A DNA stretch of 64,000 nucleotides, taken from the NCBI GenBank assembly GCA_965218375.1, contig OZ244618.1:1404950-1468949 (forward strand), in the 5' to 3' direction. Positions 1-10,238 of this stretch are shown here, piece by piece (position 1 is the stretch's first letter; each line of letters opens with the position of its first letter). The notes under the pieces were generated by a model. The model ran no database searches, was not told the origin of the DNA, and was given only the letters and a program-made list of their open reading frames with translations. The position numbers and the translations under genes are program-made. This stretch comes from Alphaproteobacteria bacterium. GTDB lineage: Bacteria; Pseudomonadota; Alphaproteobacteria; G965218375.

Positions 1-801
1 CTGTGCGGTCTCATGTCACCTGGCGTTACGGAGGTGGTAGAGTCGGAGCATACCCGCGATCATACGGAACATATGTTGCGGCACTTTGGGGCTGAGGTTG
101 ATGTTCTCGATAATCAAGGCAAGCGCACGGTGCGGGTAAAGGGTAAGCCGCAGCTGAGAGGTCAGAAAGTGGTGGTGCCAGGAGATCCAAGCAGTGCGGC
201 TTTTATTATGGCCTTGAGTGCTGCAATTCCTGGAAGTTGTGTGACCATCAGAACCGTCCTGCTCAATAATACGCGCAATGGCTTTATGGAGACCCTCCAA
301 GAGATGGGTGCCCGCATAGAGGTGGGTAATTATCAAAAGTTGCAAGGGGAAGATGTCGCCGATATTACCGTCCATGGTGCCGAGCGGTTGCAGGGGTGTG
401 ATGTGCCTGTTGATCGGGCCGCGAGGATGATTGATGAGTATCCAATTTTAAGCGTTCTTGCAGCGGTTGCAGAGGGGACAACTTCTTTGAATGGAGTTGC
501 CGAGCTGCGTCACAAAGAGAGTGATCGCGTCGCGATTATGGCGGAAGGGTTGCGTGCTTGCGGCGTCGAGCTTGAAGAACACGCTGATCGTATGGTCATT
601 CAAGGAACTGGTGGCCCTATACCTGGTGCAGGCACAGTGAAAACTGCTATGGACCATCGGATCGCCATGTCATTTATGGTGGCGGGGGCGCTTGCGAAGG
701 CGCCTATTACCATTGACGATAGTTCTTTTATTGGAAGTAGTTTTCCAAATTTTGTTACATTAATGAATTCTTTGGGGTGTCGTATTGTCGGTTTAAATTA
801 A
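1..801 (+). CDS. aroA: 3-phosphoshikimate 1-carboxyvinyltransferase (EPSP synthase), C-terminal part; 5' end lies outside the window
   Basis: Reading frame is open from base 1. C-terminal EPSP synthase motifs are present (LRHKESDRV, DHRIAMSF). The conserved aroA-cmk-rpsA neighbourhood follows. Confidence 0.88.
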   Translation: MCGLMSPGVTEVVESEHTRDHTEHMLRHFGAEVDVLDNQGKRTVRVKGKPQLRGQKVVVPGDPSSAAFIMALSAAIPGSCVTIRTVLLNNTRNGFMETLQEMGARIEVGNYQKLQGEDVADITVHGAERLQGCDVPVDRAARMIDEYPILSVLAAVAEGTTSLNGVAELRHKESDRVAIMAEGLRACGVELEEHADRMVIQGTGGPIPGAGTVKTAMDHRIAMSFMVAGALAKAPITIDDSSFIGSSFPNFVTLMNSLGCRIVGLN

Positions 802-812
802 AGAGATGTAAT

Positions 813-1451
813 ATGGGAAAAGTGATTGCAATTGATGGACCTTCTGCAAGTGGCAAGGGGACAGTCTCTAAATTGGTTGCTCAGCATTTAGACTATGCGT
901 ATCTTGATACGGGTATTCTTTATCGGGCGGTTGCTTTAAGAGTCGTTGGTCAAGATATTGACTATGAGAATGAGGCTCTTGTGGTGGGGGTGGCGAAGGA
1001 TTTGCACTATAAAAACTTAGAGCACCCTGATTTACGCCAAGAGCGCATCGGCAATATTGCCTCAATTATTTCTACCTATTCAAGCGTACGGGCAGAGCTT
1101 ATGCGGTACCAGCGCCATTTTGCGGTAAACCCTCCCCACGGACAAGGGGGGGCGGTTCTTGATGGGCGGGATATTGGGACTATCATTTGTCCTGATGCGG
1201 ATATTAAGTTTTTTATAACGGCAACGCCCCAAGTGCGGGCACAGCGCCGCTTTGATGAATTAGTTACGCGCAATCCCACCATAAAGTATGAGGATGTTTT
1301 AGCTGATATTATCAAGAGAGACGAACGAGATATGTCAAGAAACTCAGCGCCATTAAAAAAAGCTGACGATACGATCTTGCTTGATACGACAAAATTAAGT
1401 ATAACAGAAGTGTCGAAACAAATTCTAGATGCCGTATCTTCTATTACCTAG
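813..1451 (+). CDS. cmk: cytidylate kinase
   Basis: P-loop AIDGPSASGKGT at the N-terminus and about 212 aa length. The ATG at 813 was chosen over the track's upstream extension at 777, which overlaps the aroA stop. Confidence 0.9.
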   Translation: MGKVIAIDGPSASGKGTVSKLVAQHLDYAYLDTGILYRAVALRVVGQDIDYENEALVVGVAKDLHYKNLEHPDLRQERIGNIASIISTYSSVRAELMRYQRHFAVNPPHGQGGAVLDGRDIGTIICPDADIKFFITATPQVRAQRRFDELVTRNPTIKYEDVLADIIKRDERDMSRNSAPLKKADDTILLDTTKLSITEVSKQILDAVSSIT

Positions 1452-1653
1452 GGTTTTCTCTTATTTTTTGATGTCCTCTAGATTTTATGGCGCAAACTTA
1501 AGAGCGGAACCAATTATTTAATAGCAAACGGTTTTTTAGTTTGAGACGACCAAGGTATGTCGAAAGTGCGGTGTCCACCATATGTGTGGAGCTGGATAAC
1601 TTTTTAAGTCCTAACGGCATATCTTATATCCTCCTTAAGGAGTTATTTAAATT

Positions 1654-3360
1654 ATGATGAATGAAGTATTAAAATCCGAAGAGGCCCTAGGTCTTGAAGA
1701 AGACTTTTCAGCTCTTCTTGATGAAGTTTATGGCAAGGAAAAGTCCCTTGTTGGAACAGTCATCAGTGGTGTTGTAATTGACGTTGTAAATGATGATGTG
1801 TTGGTTGATGTTGGCCTTAAGTCTGAGGGGCGCATTCCGCTTAAAGAGTTTTCCTCTGCGAGTGGGGAATCTGAACCTCTTAAAGGGGACACCATCGAAG
1901 TCTTTTTTGAGCGCTACGAAAATGCTCAAGGTGAGGTTGTCCTCTCACGGGAAAAAGCGCGTCGCGAAGACTCTTGGAATGTGCTTGAAGTAGCCTTTAG
2001 CAAAGATGAGCGGGTGAATGGTGTTATCATCAGCCGCGTTAAAGGTGGATTTACTGTCGACCTATCAGGCGCTATTGCATTCTTACCAGGTTCACAAGTT
2101 GACTTGCGTCCCGTCCGTGATGTGATGCCTCTTATGGGCAAGAGCCAACCATTCCGAATCCTAAAAATGGATCGTAAGCGTGGAAATATTGTTGTTTCCC
2201 GTCGGGCTGTCCTTGAAGAGAGTCGTGCAGAATCACGTAACGAGATTCTTAAGAACCTTAAGGAAAACCAAGTCTATGAAGGTATAGTCAAGAATATTAC
2301 CGACTATGGGGCGTTTATTGACTTGGGCGGTCTGGATGGGCTTTTACATGTCACTGATATTGCATGGAAAAGAATTAATCACCCATCAGAAGCTCTCACC
2401 ATTGGGGAGACAGTGCGCGTATGTGTGATTCGCTATAATGCAGAAACACGACGGGTTTCAGTTGGTATGAAGCAATTGGAAGTTGACCCTTGGGAAAATG
2501 TGGAAGCGAAGTATCCAATTAATTCTCGCATTATTGGAAATGTAACTAGTATTACTGACTACGGTGCTTTTGTTGAACTTGAGCCTGGTGTTGAAGGTTT
2601 AGTGCACGTTTCTGAAATGTCATGGACCAAGAAAAACATTCACCCAGGAAAAATTGTTTCAACGTCTCAGCAGGTTGAAGTGATTATTCTTGAAAAAGAC
2701 AAGCGTCGTATTAGTTTAAGCTTGAAGCGCGCCCAAGATAATCCGTGGAGCTCTTTTGCTGAAAAGTATACCATCGGTACAGAAATTGAAGGTCAAATCA
2801 AAAATATTACTGAATTTGGCTTGTTTGTTGGGCTAGATGGCGAAATCGATGGAATGGTGCACTTGTCGGATCTTGACTGGTCACGCCCCGGTGATGTCGT
2901 GATTAAAGAGTACAAGAAACGGGATGTCATTAAAGCTAAGGTTCTGGAAGTTGATGTTAATAAAGAGCGTGTTGCACTTGGTATTAAGCAATTGCAAGAA
3001 GACCCGTTCAAGAATATGTCCACCAACGTCAAGAAAGGCGATACTGTAACGTGTATTGTTTCAGAAATACGGGATAATGGTATTAATGTGACGTTCTCTG
3101 ATGACTGTGAAGGTTATATCCGTCGGGGTGATCTTTCACGGGATAGGGACGCGCAGAAGAGCGAGTTGTTCAACGTAGGTGATAAGCTAGATGCTCTTGT
3201 GACCCAAGTTGATGTCAAAAACCGTAAAGTAAACTTGTCAATTAAACAGTTAGAATTGCAAGATGAAAAAGAAGTTATGGCCAATTACGGCTCTGCAGAT
3301 TCTGGAGCTCTCCTTGGAAGTATTCTTGGCGCTGCCTTGCAAAAGAAAAATAACAATTAA
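1654..3360 (+). CDS. rpsA: 30S ribosomal protein S1
   Basis: 568 aa with six tandem S1 RNA-binding repeats (GxV...G.FV.L..G..GL.H.S). An AAGGAG Shine-Dalgarno lies about 10 nt upstream. Confidence 0.95.
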   Translation: MMNEVLKSEEALGLEEDFSALLDEVYGKEKSLVGTVISGVVIDVVNDDVLVDVGLKSEGRIPLKEFSSASGESEPLKGDTIEVFFERYENAQGEVVLSREKARREDSWNVLEVAFSKDERVNGVIISRVKGGFTVDLSGAIAFLPGSQVDLRPVRDVMPLMGKSQPFRILKMDRKRGNIVVSRRAVLEESRAESRNEILKNLKENQVYEGIVKNITDYGAFIDLGGLDGLLHVTDIAWKRINHPSEALTIGETVRVCVIRYNAETRRVSVGMKQLEVDPWENVEAKYPINSRIIGNVTSITDYGAFVELEPGVEGLVHVSEMSWTKKNIHPGKIVSTSQQVEVIILEKDKRRISLSLKRAQDNPWSSFAEKYTIGTEIEGQIKNITEFGLFVGLDGEIDGMVHLSDLDWSRPGDVVIKEYKKRDVIKAKVLEVDVNKERVALGIKQLQEDPFKNMSTNVKKGDTVTCIVSEIRDNGINVTFSDDCEGYIRRGDLSRDRDAQKSELFNVGDKLDALVTQVDVKNRKVNLSIKQLELQDEKEVMANYGSADSGALLGSILGAALQKKNNN

Positions 3361-3385
3361 GAGACGTTTTCTTTCATGAATGAAA

Positions 3386-3415
3386 AAAAGCTGGTGTTAT
3401 GCCAGCTTTTTTTAT
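3386..3415. terminator. bidirectional Rho-independent terminator between convergent rpsA and ahcY
   Basis: Hairpin AGCTGG-tgttatg-CCAGCT flanked by an A-tract on the 5' side and TTTTTTT on the 3' side. Confidence 0.75.
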
Positions 3416-3434
3416 GGAAAATATGTCGCTCTCC

Positions 3435-4730
3435 TTAATAACGATAAAGCTCGGGCTTAAATGGTCCAGAGGGGTCGACGTTAATATATTGCGACTGTTC
3501 TTGTGTTAATGTCGTCAGTTTTGCCCCTATTTTATCTAGGTGAAGAAATGCAACTTTTTCATCTAACTGTTTAGGTAAGAGGTAAACTTGATTCTCATAG
3601 GAATGACAGTTTTGCCATAATTCAATTTGGGCAAGAACTTGATTCGTAAAGCTGGCAGACATTACAAAGCTTGGGTGTCCAGTTGCGCATCCCAAGTTAA
3701 CTAAGCGTCCCTTGGCTAAGACCAGCAGGCGCTTATTGTCTGGGAAAACCACTTCATCAACTTCGGGCTTAACTTCATCCCATTGATAGTTTTGTAAGGC
3801 ATCTATTTGAATTTCACTATCAAAGTGACCAATATTACACACAATGGCGCGGTCTTTCATAAGGCGCATGTGGTCAAGGGTGATGATATCAATATTACCC
3901 GTAGCCGTGACAAAAATATTTCCTTGGGGTGCTGCATCCTCCATGGTGACAACTTCAAAGCCTTCCATACAGGCTTGCAGGGCGCAAATGGGATCAACTT
4001 CAGTAACTAACACGCGGCATCCTGCAGAGCGGAGGGATTCTGCGGATCCTTTACCGACATCACCATAGCCCGCAACAACGGCAACCTTGCCCGCCAACAT
4101 GACATCTGTTGCCCGTCGGATACCATCTACCAGAGATTCGCGACACCCATACTTGTTGTCAAATTTTGACTTGGTGACAGAGTCATTAACATTAATTGCG
4201 GGGACTTTAAGGGTGGCATCTCGCACCATGGCATTTAAACGCAAGATTCCACTTGTGGTCTCTTCCGAGAGGCCTCTAACCTCTTTTAAGTGCTCAGGGT
4301 ACTTCTTATGCATGAGATCGGTTAAATCGCCCCCATCATCTAGGATCAAGTTTGGACGCCATCCATTTGGTCCGTCAATTGTTTGCTCTATACACCACCA
4401 GAAGTCTTCTTCACTCAAGCCTTTCCAAGCAAAGACAGGAATGTTTTGGGTTGCCATGGCTGCAGCTGCATGGTCTTGGGTTGAGTAAATATTACAGCTA
4501 GACCATCGCACTTCAGCACCTAATGCAATGAGAGTGTCAATCAGGACAGCAGTTTGAATTGTCATATGAAGACAGCCTGCAATACGCGCCCCCTTTAAAG
4601 GTTGTGAGGAGCCAAATTCTTCACGAAGCGCTATGAGCCCAGGCATTTCAGTTTCCGCAATTTTGATTTCTTTATGTCCCCAGTCTGCCAGGGAGATGTC
4701 ATGTACTTTAAAATCAGTAAATTCAACCAT
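3435..4730 (-). CDS. ahcY: adenosylhomocysteinase (S-adenosyl-L-homocysteine hydrolase)
   Basis: 431 aa with strong global SAHH similarity and an NAD-binding GYGDVGKG motif. Confidence 0.95.
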   Translation of the reverse strand: MVEFTDFKVHDISLADWGHKEIKIAETEMPGLIALREEFGSSQPLKGARIAGCLHMTIQTAVLIDTLIALGAEVRWSSCNIYSTQDHAAAAMATQNIPVFAWKGLSEEDFWWCIEQTIDGPNGWRPNLILDDGGDLTDLMHKKYPEHLKEVRGLSEETTSGILRLNAMVRDATLKVPAINVNDSVTKSKFDNKYGCRESLVDGIRRATDVMLAGKVAVVAGYGDVGKGSAESLRSAGCRVLVTEVDPICALQACMEGFEVVTMEDAAPQGNIFVTATGNIDIITLDHMRLMKDRAIVCNIGHFDSEIQIDALQNYQWDEVKPEVDEVVFPDNKRLLVLAKGRLVNLGCATGHPSFVMSASFTNQVLAQIELWQNCHSYENQVYLLPKQLDEKVAFLHLDKIGAKLTTLTQEQSQYINVDPSGPFKPELYRY

Positions 4731-4830
4731 TCTTGTCTCCAGATGTTAAGCTATAAATGTATATTGATGACGTTCGTCCACGCCTATTTTATAGAGATAT
4801 CATTTAATTAATAAAAGCAAATAATCAAGA

Positions 4831-5130
4831 TTATTCACTCTCGCCAAAACGACTATCAATAAGTTCACCGATCTCATCAAGGACTTCTGTGGCGTCTTCC
4901 CCTTCTGCTTCCACAAGAATACGGGTATTTTGAGATGCAACGAGCATGAGTAGACTCATTATATTGCGTCCATCAGCATGGTTTCCATTGTGAATAATTT
5001 CCACTTTGGATGACTTAGTTTTTACTAAACGAACCAAGTGGGCAGCAGGACGCGCGTGCAGCCCTTTCTTGTTCGTGATCATAAAGTATCGACTCTCTTT
5101 TTTATAATTTGAATTAGAGTTTAGGGTCAT
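4831..5130 (-). CDS. ptsH: phosphocarrier protein HPr/NPr of the PTS
   Basis: NKKGLHARPAA active-site His motif. The track ORF is 145 aa; the start was trimmed to the ATG at 5130. An ATG at 5082 is an alternative (HPr proteins are about 85-100 aa). Confidence 0.7.
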   Translation of the reverse strand: MTLNSNSNYKKESRYFMITNKKGLHARPAAHLVRLVKTKSSKVEIIHNGNHADGRNIMSLLMLVASQNTRILVEAEGEDATEVLDEIGELIDSRFGESE

Positions 5131-5188
5131 AGGGCTCTTGGTGAAGGGGTAAAGCAGAAGCGTGGTGTTATCCATACAAAGGAATGGG

Positions 5189-5593
5189 TCATTTTTTTTG
5201 TTTAAGAAGGCTAGAGGCCACGGCAATATAGCGCCGACCAGAGTCTTGGGCTGCAATAACAGCATCATTCAATGTTAAATTTTCACGTTCCGTGGCGAGT
5301 TTTATCAGCATGGGAAGGTTCATGCCCGCAATGACTTCTATGTGAACATCTTCCATGATTGAAATTGCTAAATTGCTTGGAGTCCCGCCAAACATATCCG
5401 TGAGGATAATAACGCCACTTCCTACATTTACAGTTTCAACCGCGCTTTTTATTTCATTGCGACACTGCGCTATATTGTCATCAGGGCCGATGCATATAGT
5501 AGCAATGTTTTTTTGGGAACCGACAACATGCTCCATAGCGGCTAGAAATTCATTCGCCAAACGGCCATGAGTAACCAGAACAAGACCTATCAT
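5189..5593 (-). CDS. manX: PTS EIIA component, mannose/fructose family (ManX-like)
   Basis: 134 aa. N-terminal IGLVLVTHG with a phosphorylatable His, typical of the EIIA(Man) fold. The manX-ptsH-ahcY arrangement is conserved in Alphaproteobacteria. Confidence 0.75.
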   Translation of the reverse strand: MIGLVLVTHGRLANEFLAAMEHVVGSQKNIATICIGPDDNIAQCRNEIKSAVETVNVGSGVIILTDMFGGTPSNLAISIMEDVHIEVIAGMNLPMLIKLATERENLTLNDAVIAAQDSGRRYIAVASSLLKQKK

Positions 5594-5741
5594 CTACTTA
5601 TTCCTTAAAGAATGACTAATAAAATATTTTATAATTTTTTTTTAAAATTCTCAAGGCTTAGTTCCTAAGATTACATCATTTATCAAGGGGATAAGGTGGC
5701 AGAGCTGATCACAAAAATGAGCTGCGGGGGTCACCCCAAAA

Positions 5742-7013
5742 TTAAGAGAGGTTTTCAAGAATCTTGACCATCTTTTTTTCTGAGAAGGGAAATGTAGTGC
5801 CATTGTGGGCACTTATGACTAAATCTCTAGAAAGGTTAGCAATGCGAACTTGGATTCTAATGGCGGTTTTCATGCTAATATTAGCCTTCCAGCAGAGGGA
5901 TATAATCGTATCGGGTCTGCGTGAGCGAATAGCATCTTGTATTTTGTTAATATCAATATTAGTACGGTTGGCGAGAATTTTTGTCACCGTTGCGCGATCT
6001 TCATTATCGATCGCAAGACTGAGGTGAGCATCGTCTGAAGATAACTGGACACCGCTTAGGGGTTGAAAGGGGACAGTGTCGTCAGTTGTTTTGTGGGTCT
6101 CTTCACTTAATCTTTTTTCCATAAGTATCGAGAGATCTTTGATGGTTTCGGCATCAAGGTCTTCGCGCTCTAATAAAATATTAAACAGGGCGCTGGTAAT
6201 AAATTGTGAAATTCGGTGCACCAGGTAAACAGGAATCTCTTTACGCATGACCAGAGGTTTGTGCCACGCCTCAATATGCTCAGCCATATCAACAATACAG
6301 TTGAGGGTCTCCTCACGAATTTGCGCCCCTGAATTTTCCAGCAATGCCGTGATACCATTAACATTTTTTGTCATTACGATTGCATCTGCAACAGAAGGCT
6401 GGACAGAGCTTCTTTCCGCAATAAACTTAAACATCTCATTATCTGTGGGCACATTGGATATGATGGAGATCAAGTCTTCTTGGGTTAAGAGAGGGGAGTG
6501 CTGTAATATGGGGCCTGAAACCAAGATTTCAGGATCATTAGATAAAATATCAACAATTTCTTTGGGGACGTAAGATAAAGAGCTCAATTCTTCAGAGAGT
6601 ATGGCGCGCACTCGGGGGAGGTGGTCGTCTACCAGCACCTTTAAAATTTGCAGGAAAAGTTTCCCGAATTGTTCTTGGTCACGTTCTTTGAGGGTCGGGA
6701 TTATGGATGATATTTTCTTTATAATACAAATGCGTGTTTCTTCATCAACATCACAGGCCAATAGCATATCCGCTTGCAGGGGCGTCGATTGGTTTTGGGC
6801 GACAGCTTGACGGACTTCTTGGTTTCTATCTTCAGTGAGGAAATAGAGAATCTCAGGCTTTGTATCCAAATTCTCTGCCAGCTTTAGTTTTTTAACAGTG
6901 TCATCACTTTGGATAATTTGCTTGCTTTTCTCATAAGAATAAGAGGTCTTCCAAAAGTATGAAGATAAATTATTAACGCCCTCTTTCACATAATCAAGTA
7001 CACTATTTAACAT
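5742..7013 (-). CDS. hypothetical protein, predicted alpha-helical repeat architecture; possibly the alphaproteobacterial DUF2336-type family (uncertain)
   Basis: 423 aa with no catalytic motif or P-loop (so not HprK). The ATG directly abuts the TAA of the upstream GGDEF gene (TAAATG), indicating translational coupling. Confidence 0.5.
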   Translation of the reverse strand: MLNSVLDYVKEGVNNLSSYFWKTSYSYEKSKQIIQSDDTVKKLKLAENLDTKPEILYFLTEDRNQEVRQAVAQNQSTPLQADMLLACDVDEETRICIIKKISSIIPTLKERDQEQFGKLFLQILKVLVDDHLPRVRAILSEELSSLSYVPKEIVDILSNDPEILVSGPILQHSPLLTQEDLISIISNVPTDNEMFKFIAERSSVQPSVADAIVMTKNVNGITALLENSGAQIREETLNCIVDMAEHIEAWHKPLVMRKEIPVYLVHRISQFITSALFNILLEREDLDAETIKDLSILMEKRLSEETHKTTDDTVPFQPLSGVQLSSDDAHLSLAIDNEDRATVTKILANRTNIDINKIQDAIRSRRPDTIISLCWKANISMKTAIRIQVRIANLSRDLVISAHNGTTFPFSEKKMVKILENLS

Positions 7014-8750
7014 TTATTTCTCTTCCGTTGTATTGGAATCAATGTTGCTTAAATAACGAATTTTATATTGAGATTTACCAGAATTCTTTGCAATATACAT
7101 AATCCGATCTGCTTTGGCGAGAAGTTCCTCAACATCGTCAATCTGATCGTCTGGCGTACAAATGATCATGCCGACTGAAGGGGTGACCGGTTGCGTATAA
7201 TCCTTTGTCGTTTCTTTTAGTTTCTCAAAGTCTTTAAATAACCTGTCAGCCCAATGAGACGCACCTGCTTCGTCAACCTCTTCCAACCAAATAGCAAATT
7301 CATCACCACCAATACGGGCTGTTGTATCACCGGCTCTACGGTTATCTTCGAGGATGTTTGCAACGTCCCGTAAAATCTGATCCCCAACATTGTGACCAAG
7401 AATATCATTAATGGGTTTAAAATTATCTAAATCTAAGAATACCAGCACACCAGTACGCTTAAATCGTTTCAGGTGGGCAATGCGTGAGTTAAGGACTTCC
7501 ATAAAAGCGCGACGATTCTTGAGATCGGTAATAACATCCCTGCGTGAGAGTATTTCCAGTTCTTCCCGCTCTTTGATTTGGTGGAAAGCAATGCCCAGGT
7601 GGGCAGAAATACTTGTGAGTAAGTCACGGTCATAGGTTGACCAGTCTGGTTGGCAAGCGGTGCGCGCCATAATAATAACACCGTTGATCACCTTATGAAA
7701 GTTGGTTGAATGTGCAATAAATTGGTAGTCGTCCTTTTGGGTTGTGTAGGGTACACCGTCTTCTGGAAGGGTTTCAATTATATTTAAAATATCGAAGATA
7801 TGAGGATTCAGGTTCGTTTTCGTGATCGGGTACTGCATGGAGAGTTCCAGCTTATTTTTTGTGAGACTGCGCGTAAAGACCCAACATATGTGCGCGCTTA
7901 AGGCCTTTGTTGGTAAGGTCGTAGCAATCTGGAGCAGTTTGTTTGAATCAAGTTCTTTATGGAGGGCATCGACAATGCGTTGTAATAATTTCTCACGTTC
8001 TTGCTGGCGTTCAAGTTCGAGTTTTTGTTCATGTTCTTCTGTAAGGTCACGGCACACGCCTCGAATGGCGATCACCTGGTTACCATTTATGATCGGTTTA
8101 GAGGAAATACGACAGAAAAACCGCTTATTGTTACTGACGCGGAGCCACATTTCATGATCTTCTATGGGATAATGGGAGTCAAATGGAAAAACTTCTGAAT
8201 TTTTCTGGTCCTCAAGAATGCGCGAACACTGACCCGTAAGCGTTGATGAAAAAACACCTAACGCGCCATTATTACTGACATAGGTGAAAACACCATTTTC
8301 ATCTGTTTCCCAAGCAAAATCAGAGCTACACAGCACAAGATCCCTAAAGAGTTTCCGTGAAGAAATCAGGGCATTAACAATATTTCGGTCAGCGGTGATA
8401 TCGTCAGCGAGGATTAGAGCAACGCGCTCTTTAGAGTTTAAGGTAAGGGGAGAAACAATGACTTGATACATAAATGTGTCATCAGAAGATTGAACCATCA
8501 CCCGCTTGTTATCAGAAATAGAGTCCTCAATAGTATCGATAATCATTTCGATGATGGTCTCGTTTTTCTGCACATTTAAGATGTTAAGTAATTTTTTTGC
8601 TTCATTATTATGGTAGAGAATCACGCCTTGGCCAGAGACAATGAACACACACCCAGGGTAGGAACTTATCAAGCTTTCACTATCAATATAAAACTCAGAT
8701 GTTTGTTTAGCTTTGTCATTTGTTTTTTGGGAGGTGCGTAAACTAAACAT
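7014..8750 (-). CDS. diguanylate cyclase with N-terminal PAS/GAF-like sensor domains
   Basis: The C-terminal GGDEF domain has an intact GGDEF motif and an RxxD I-site (RAGD-ttari-GGDEF) and the DLDNFKPINDILGH motif. The N-terminal 400 aa contain PAS-like segments. Confidence 0.85.
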   Translation of the reverse strand: MFSLRTSQKTNDKAKQTSEFYIDSESLISSYPGCVFIVSGQGVILYHNNEAKKLLNILNVQKNETIIEMIIDTIEDSISDNKRVMVQSSDDTFMYQVIVSPLTLNSKERVALILADDITADRNIVNALISSRKLFRDLVLCSSDFAWETDENGVFTYVSNNGALGVFSSTLTGQCSRILEDQKNSEVFPFDSHYPIEDHEMWLRVSNNKRFFCRISSKPIINGNQVIAIRGVCRDLTEEHEQKLELERQQEREKLLQRIVDALHKELDSNKLLQIATTLPTKALSAHICWVFTRSLTKNKLELSMQYPITKTNLNPHIFDILNIIETLPEDGVPYTTQKDDYQFIAHSTNFHKVINGVIIMARTACQPDWSTYDRDLLTSISAHLGIAFHQIKEREELEILSRRDVITDLKNRRAFMEVLNSRIAHLKRFKRTGVLVFLDLDNFKPINDILGHNVGDQILRDVANILEDNRRAGDTTARIGGDEFAIWLEEVDEAGASHWADRLFKDFEKLKETTKDYTQPVTPSVGMIICTPDDQIDDVEELLAKADRIMYIAKNSGKSQYKIRYLSNIDSNTTEEK

Positions 8751-9214
8751 AAATTAATCCAAATTATAATTAAAAAAATAAATATATTAACAACACTTAA
8801 TTAATGTAGAAGAAATAGACACTTTTCATGCCCAAAATGGTAATATAGAATTAATTTCTTTGTCGTGATAACAGGCAGGGCACAAGTCATAATCTCTAGA
8901 TTAAAAAAAACTATTAAGTAACGGTTTAATGTACTTTGAGTAGTGTTTTTGGATACTGCAATCTTGATGCTACCTTTACGATTAAAGAAAATTTGTCATA
9001 TATGAATGGCCAGTTATATTGTATATAGCCATTGCATGCTTGATTTTCACTACTTATAAAAGGTTATAAAAATAAACTTAGTATATAATTTCTTTTTATA
9101 TTTTAATCGTTATCGTGATGAATGAAAAGTTTTTTTGTTAACGTGGACGACTAAAGGTTGATAATATACTCGTCATAGATAATAAATCTAAAGTAGATTT
9201 TTGGAGTATTTTGG

Positions 9215-9263
9215 ATTAACCGAGGGTTGAATTTATAATTAAATTTACTCAACCTTAAGGTTA
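9215..9263 (+). promoter_or_regulatory. structured leader element (nested inverted repeats) immediately upstream of dapD
   Basis: TTAACC-gag-GGTTGA...TCAACC-ttaa-GGTTAA forms two stacked 6-bp stems around an 18-nt AT loop and ends about 35 nt before the dapD ATG. Confidence 0.3.
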
Positions 9264-9297
9264 AAAGAACATAACTTCTTATAGAAAGTGGGAAAAA

Positions 9298-10197
9298 ATG
9301 AACAGTCATAATTCATTAAGTGGTGGGTCTTCAAATTCTAAAGCGTTTGATTCTCATCTGGTGGATAACATTGAAGAGGCTTGGAATGTGCGTGAGACAA
9401 TCTCACCTTCTACTCAGGGTGCATACCGAGAGGCTGTCTTAACCGCCCTTGATGATCTTGATCAAGGAAAAATTAGGGTTGCCGAGCAAACTCCCGATGG
9501 GTGGCACATAAACCAATGGGTGAAAAAAGCGATTCTTTTATCTTTTAGATTGAATGATATGGTCCCTATCTCTGGAGGGCCAAGTGGGCCAGAAGGCATG
9601 GCCCAATGGTGGGACAAGGTGCCGAGTAAGTTTGCGAGTTGGGACAGTGCCCGTTTTAGAGAGGCGGGGTTTCGTGCAGTTCCAGGAGCGATTGTAAGGA
9701 GATCTGCGTTTATTGCCCCCGGGGTGGTCTTGATGCCATCTTTTGTCAACCTTGGGGCCTATGTGGGTAAAGGCACGATGATAGATACTTGGGCAACTGT
9801 GGGCTCGTGTGCTCAGATTGGTAACAATGTTCATATCTCAGGGGGCGTCGGTATCGGAGGCGTTCTTGAACCTCTCCAAGCAGACCCAGTTATCATTGAA
9901 GATGATTGTTTTATTGGTGCTCGTTCTGAGGTTGCAGAGGGCGTTATTGTTGAAAAAGGTTCCGTCTTGTCCATGGGGGTATATATTGGAGCCTCAACAA
10001 AAATTATTGATCGCGCCACGGGTGCTGTTCATATTGGACGTGTGCCTGCCTATTCAGTTGTGGTTCCAGGGACCCTTCCAGGAAAGCCTTTGCCAGATGG
10101 TTCCCCAGGACCTGGTTTGTACTGTGGGGTCATTGTGAAGCAAGTTGATGCTCAAACGCTGTCGAAGACATCGGTTAATGACTTGCTCCGTGATTAG
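9298..10197 (+). CDS. dapD: 2,3,4,5-tetrahydropyridine-2,6-dicarboxylate N-succinyltransferase
   Basis: 299 aa with hexapeptide-repeat left-handed beta-helix segments (IGxxVxIxGGVGIGG). The alphaproteobacterial DapD N-terminal domain is present and dapE follows. Confidence 0.9.
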   Translation: MNSHNSLSGGSSNSKAFDSHLVDNIEEAWNVRETISPSTQGAYREAVLTALDDLDQGKIRVAEQTPDGWHINQWVKKAILLSFRLNDMVPISGGPSGPEGMAQWWDKVPSKFASWDSARFREAGFRAVPGAIVRRSAFIAPGVVLMPSFVNLGAYVGKGTMIDTWATVGSCAQIGNNVHISGGVGIGGVLEPLQADPVIIEDDCFIGARSEVAEGVIVEKGSVLSMGVYIGASTKIIDRATGAVHIGRVPAYSVVVPGTLPGKPLPDGSPGPGLYCGVIVKQVDAQTLSKTSVNDLLRD

Positions 10198-10238
10198 GTA
10201 ATGTGTTTCTATATTTTTATTTTTCAACAGGATGATTT

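Noticed and set aside
1708-2141. Antisense and overlapping small ORFs inside rpsA. Similar nested ORFs occur within ahcY, dnaK, dnaJ, fadH, the sensor gene and others.
   Set aside because: They are embedded in strongly supported genes, have no RBS or conserved motifs, and have odd composition. They are spurious six-frame products.
5742-7013. Considered whether the 423-aa protein is HprK. HprK kinase/phosphorylase is expected upstream of manX-ptsH in Alphaproteobacteria.
   Set aside because: It has no P-loop (GxxGxGKS) or any HprK C-terminal motif and is about three times too long. It is called hypothetical instead.
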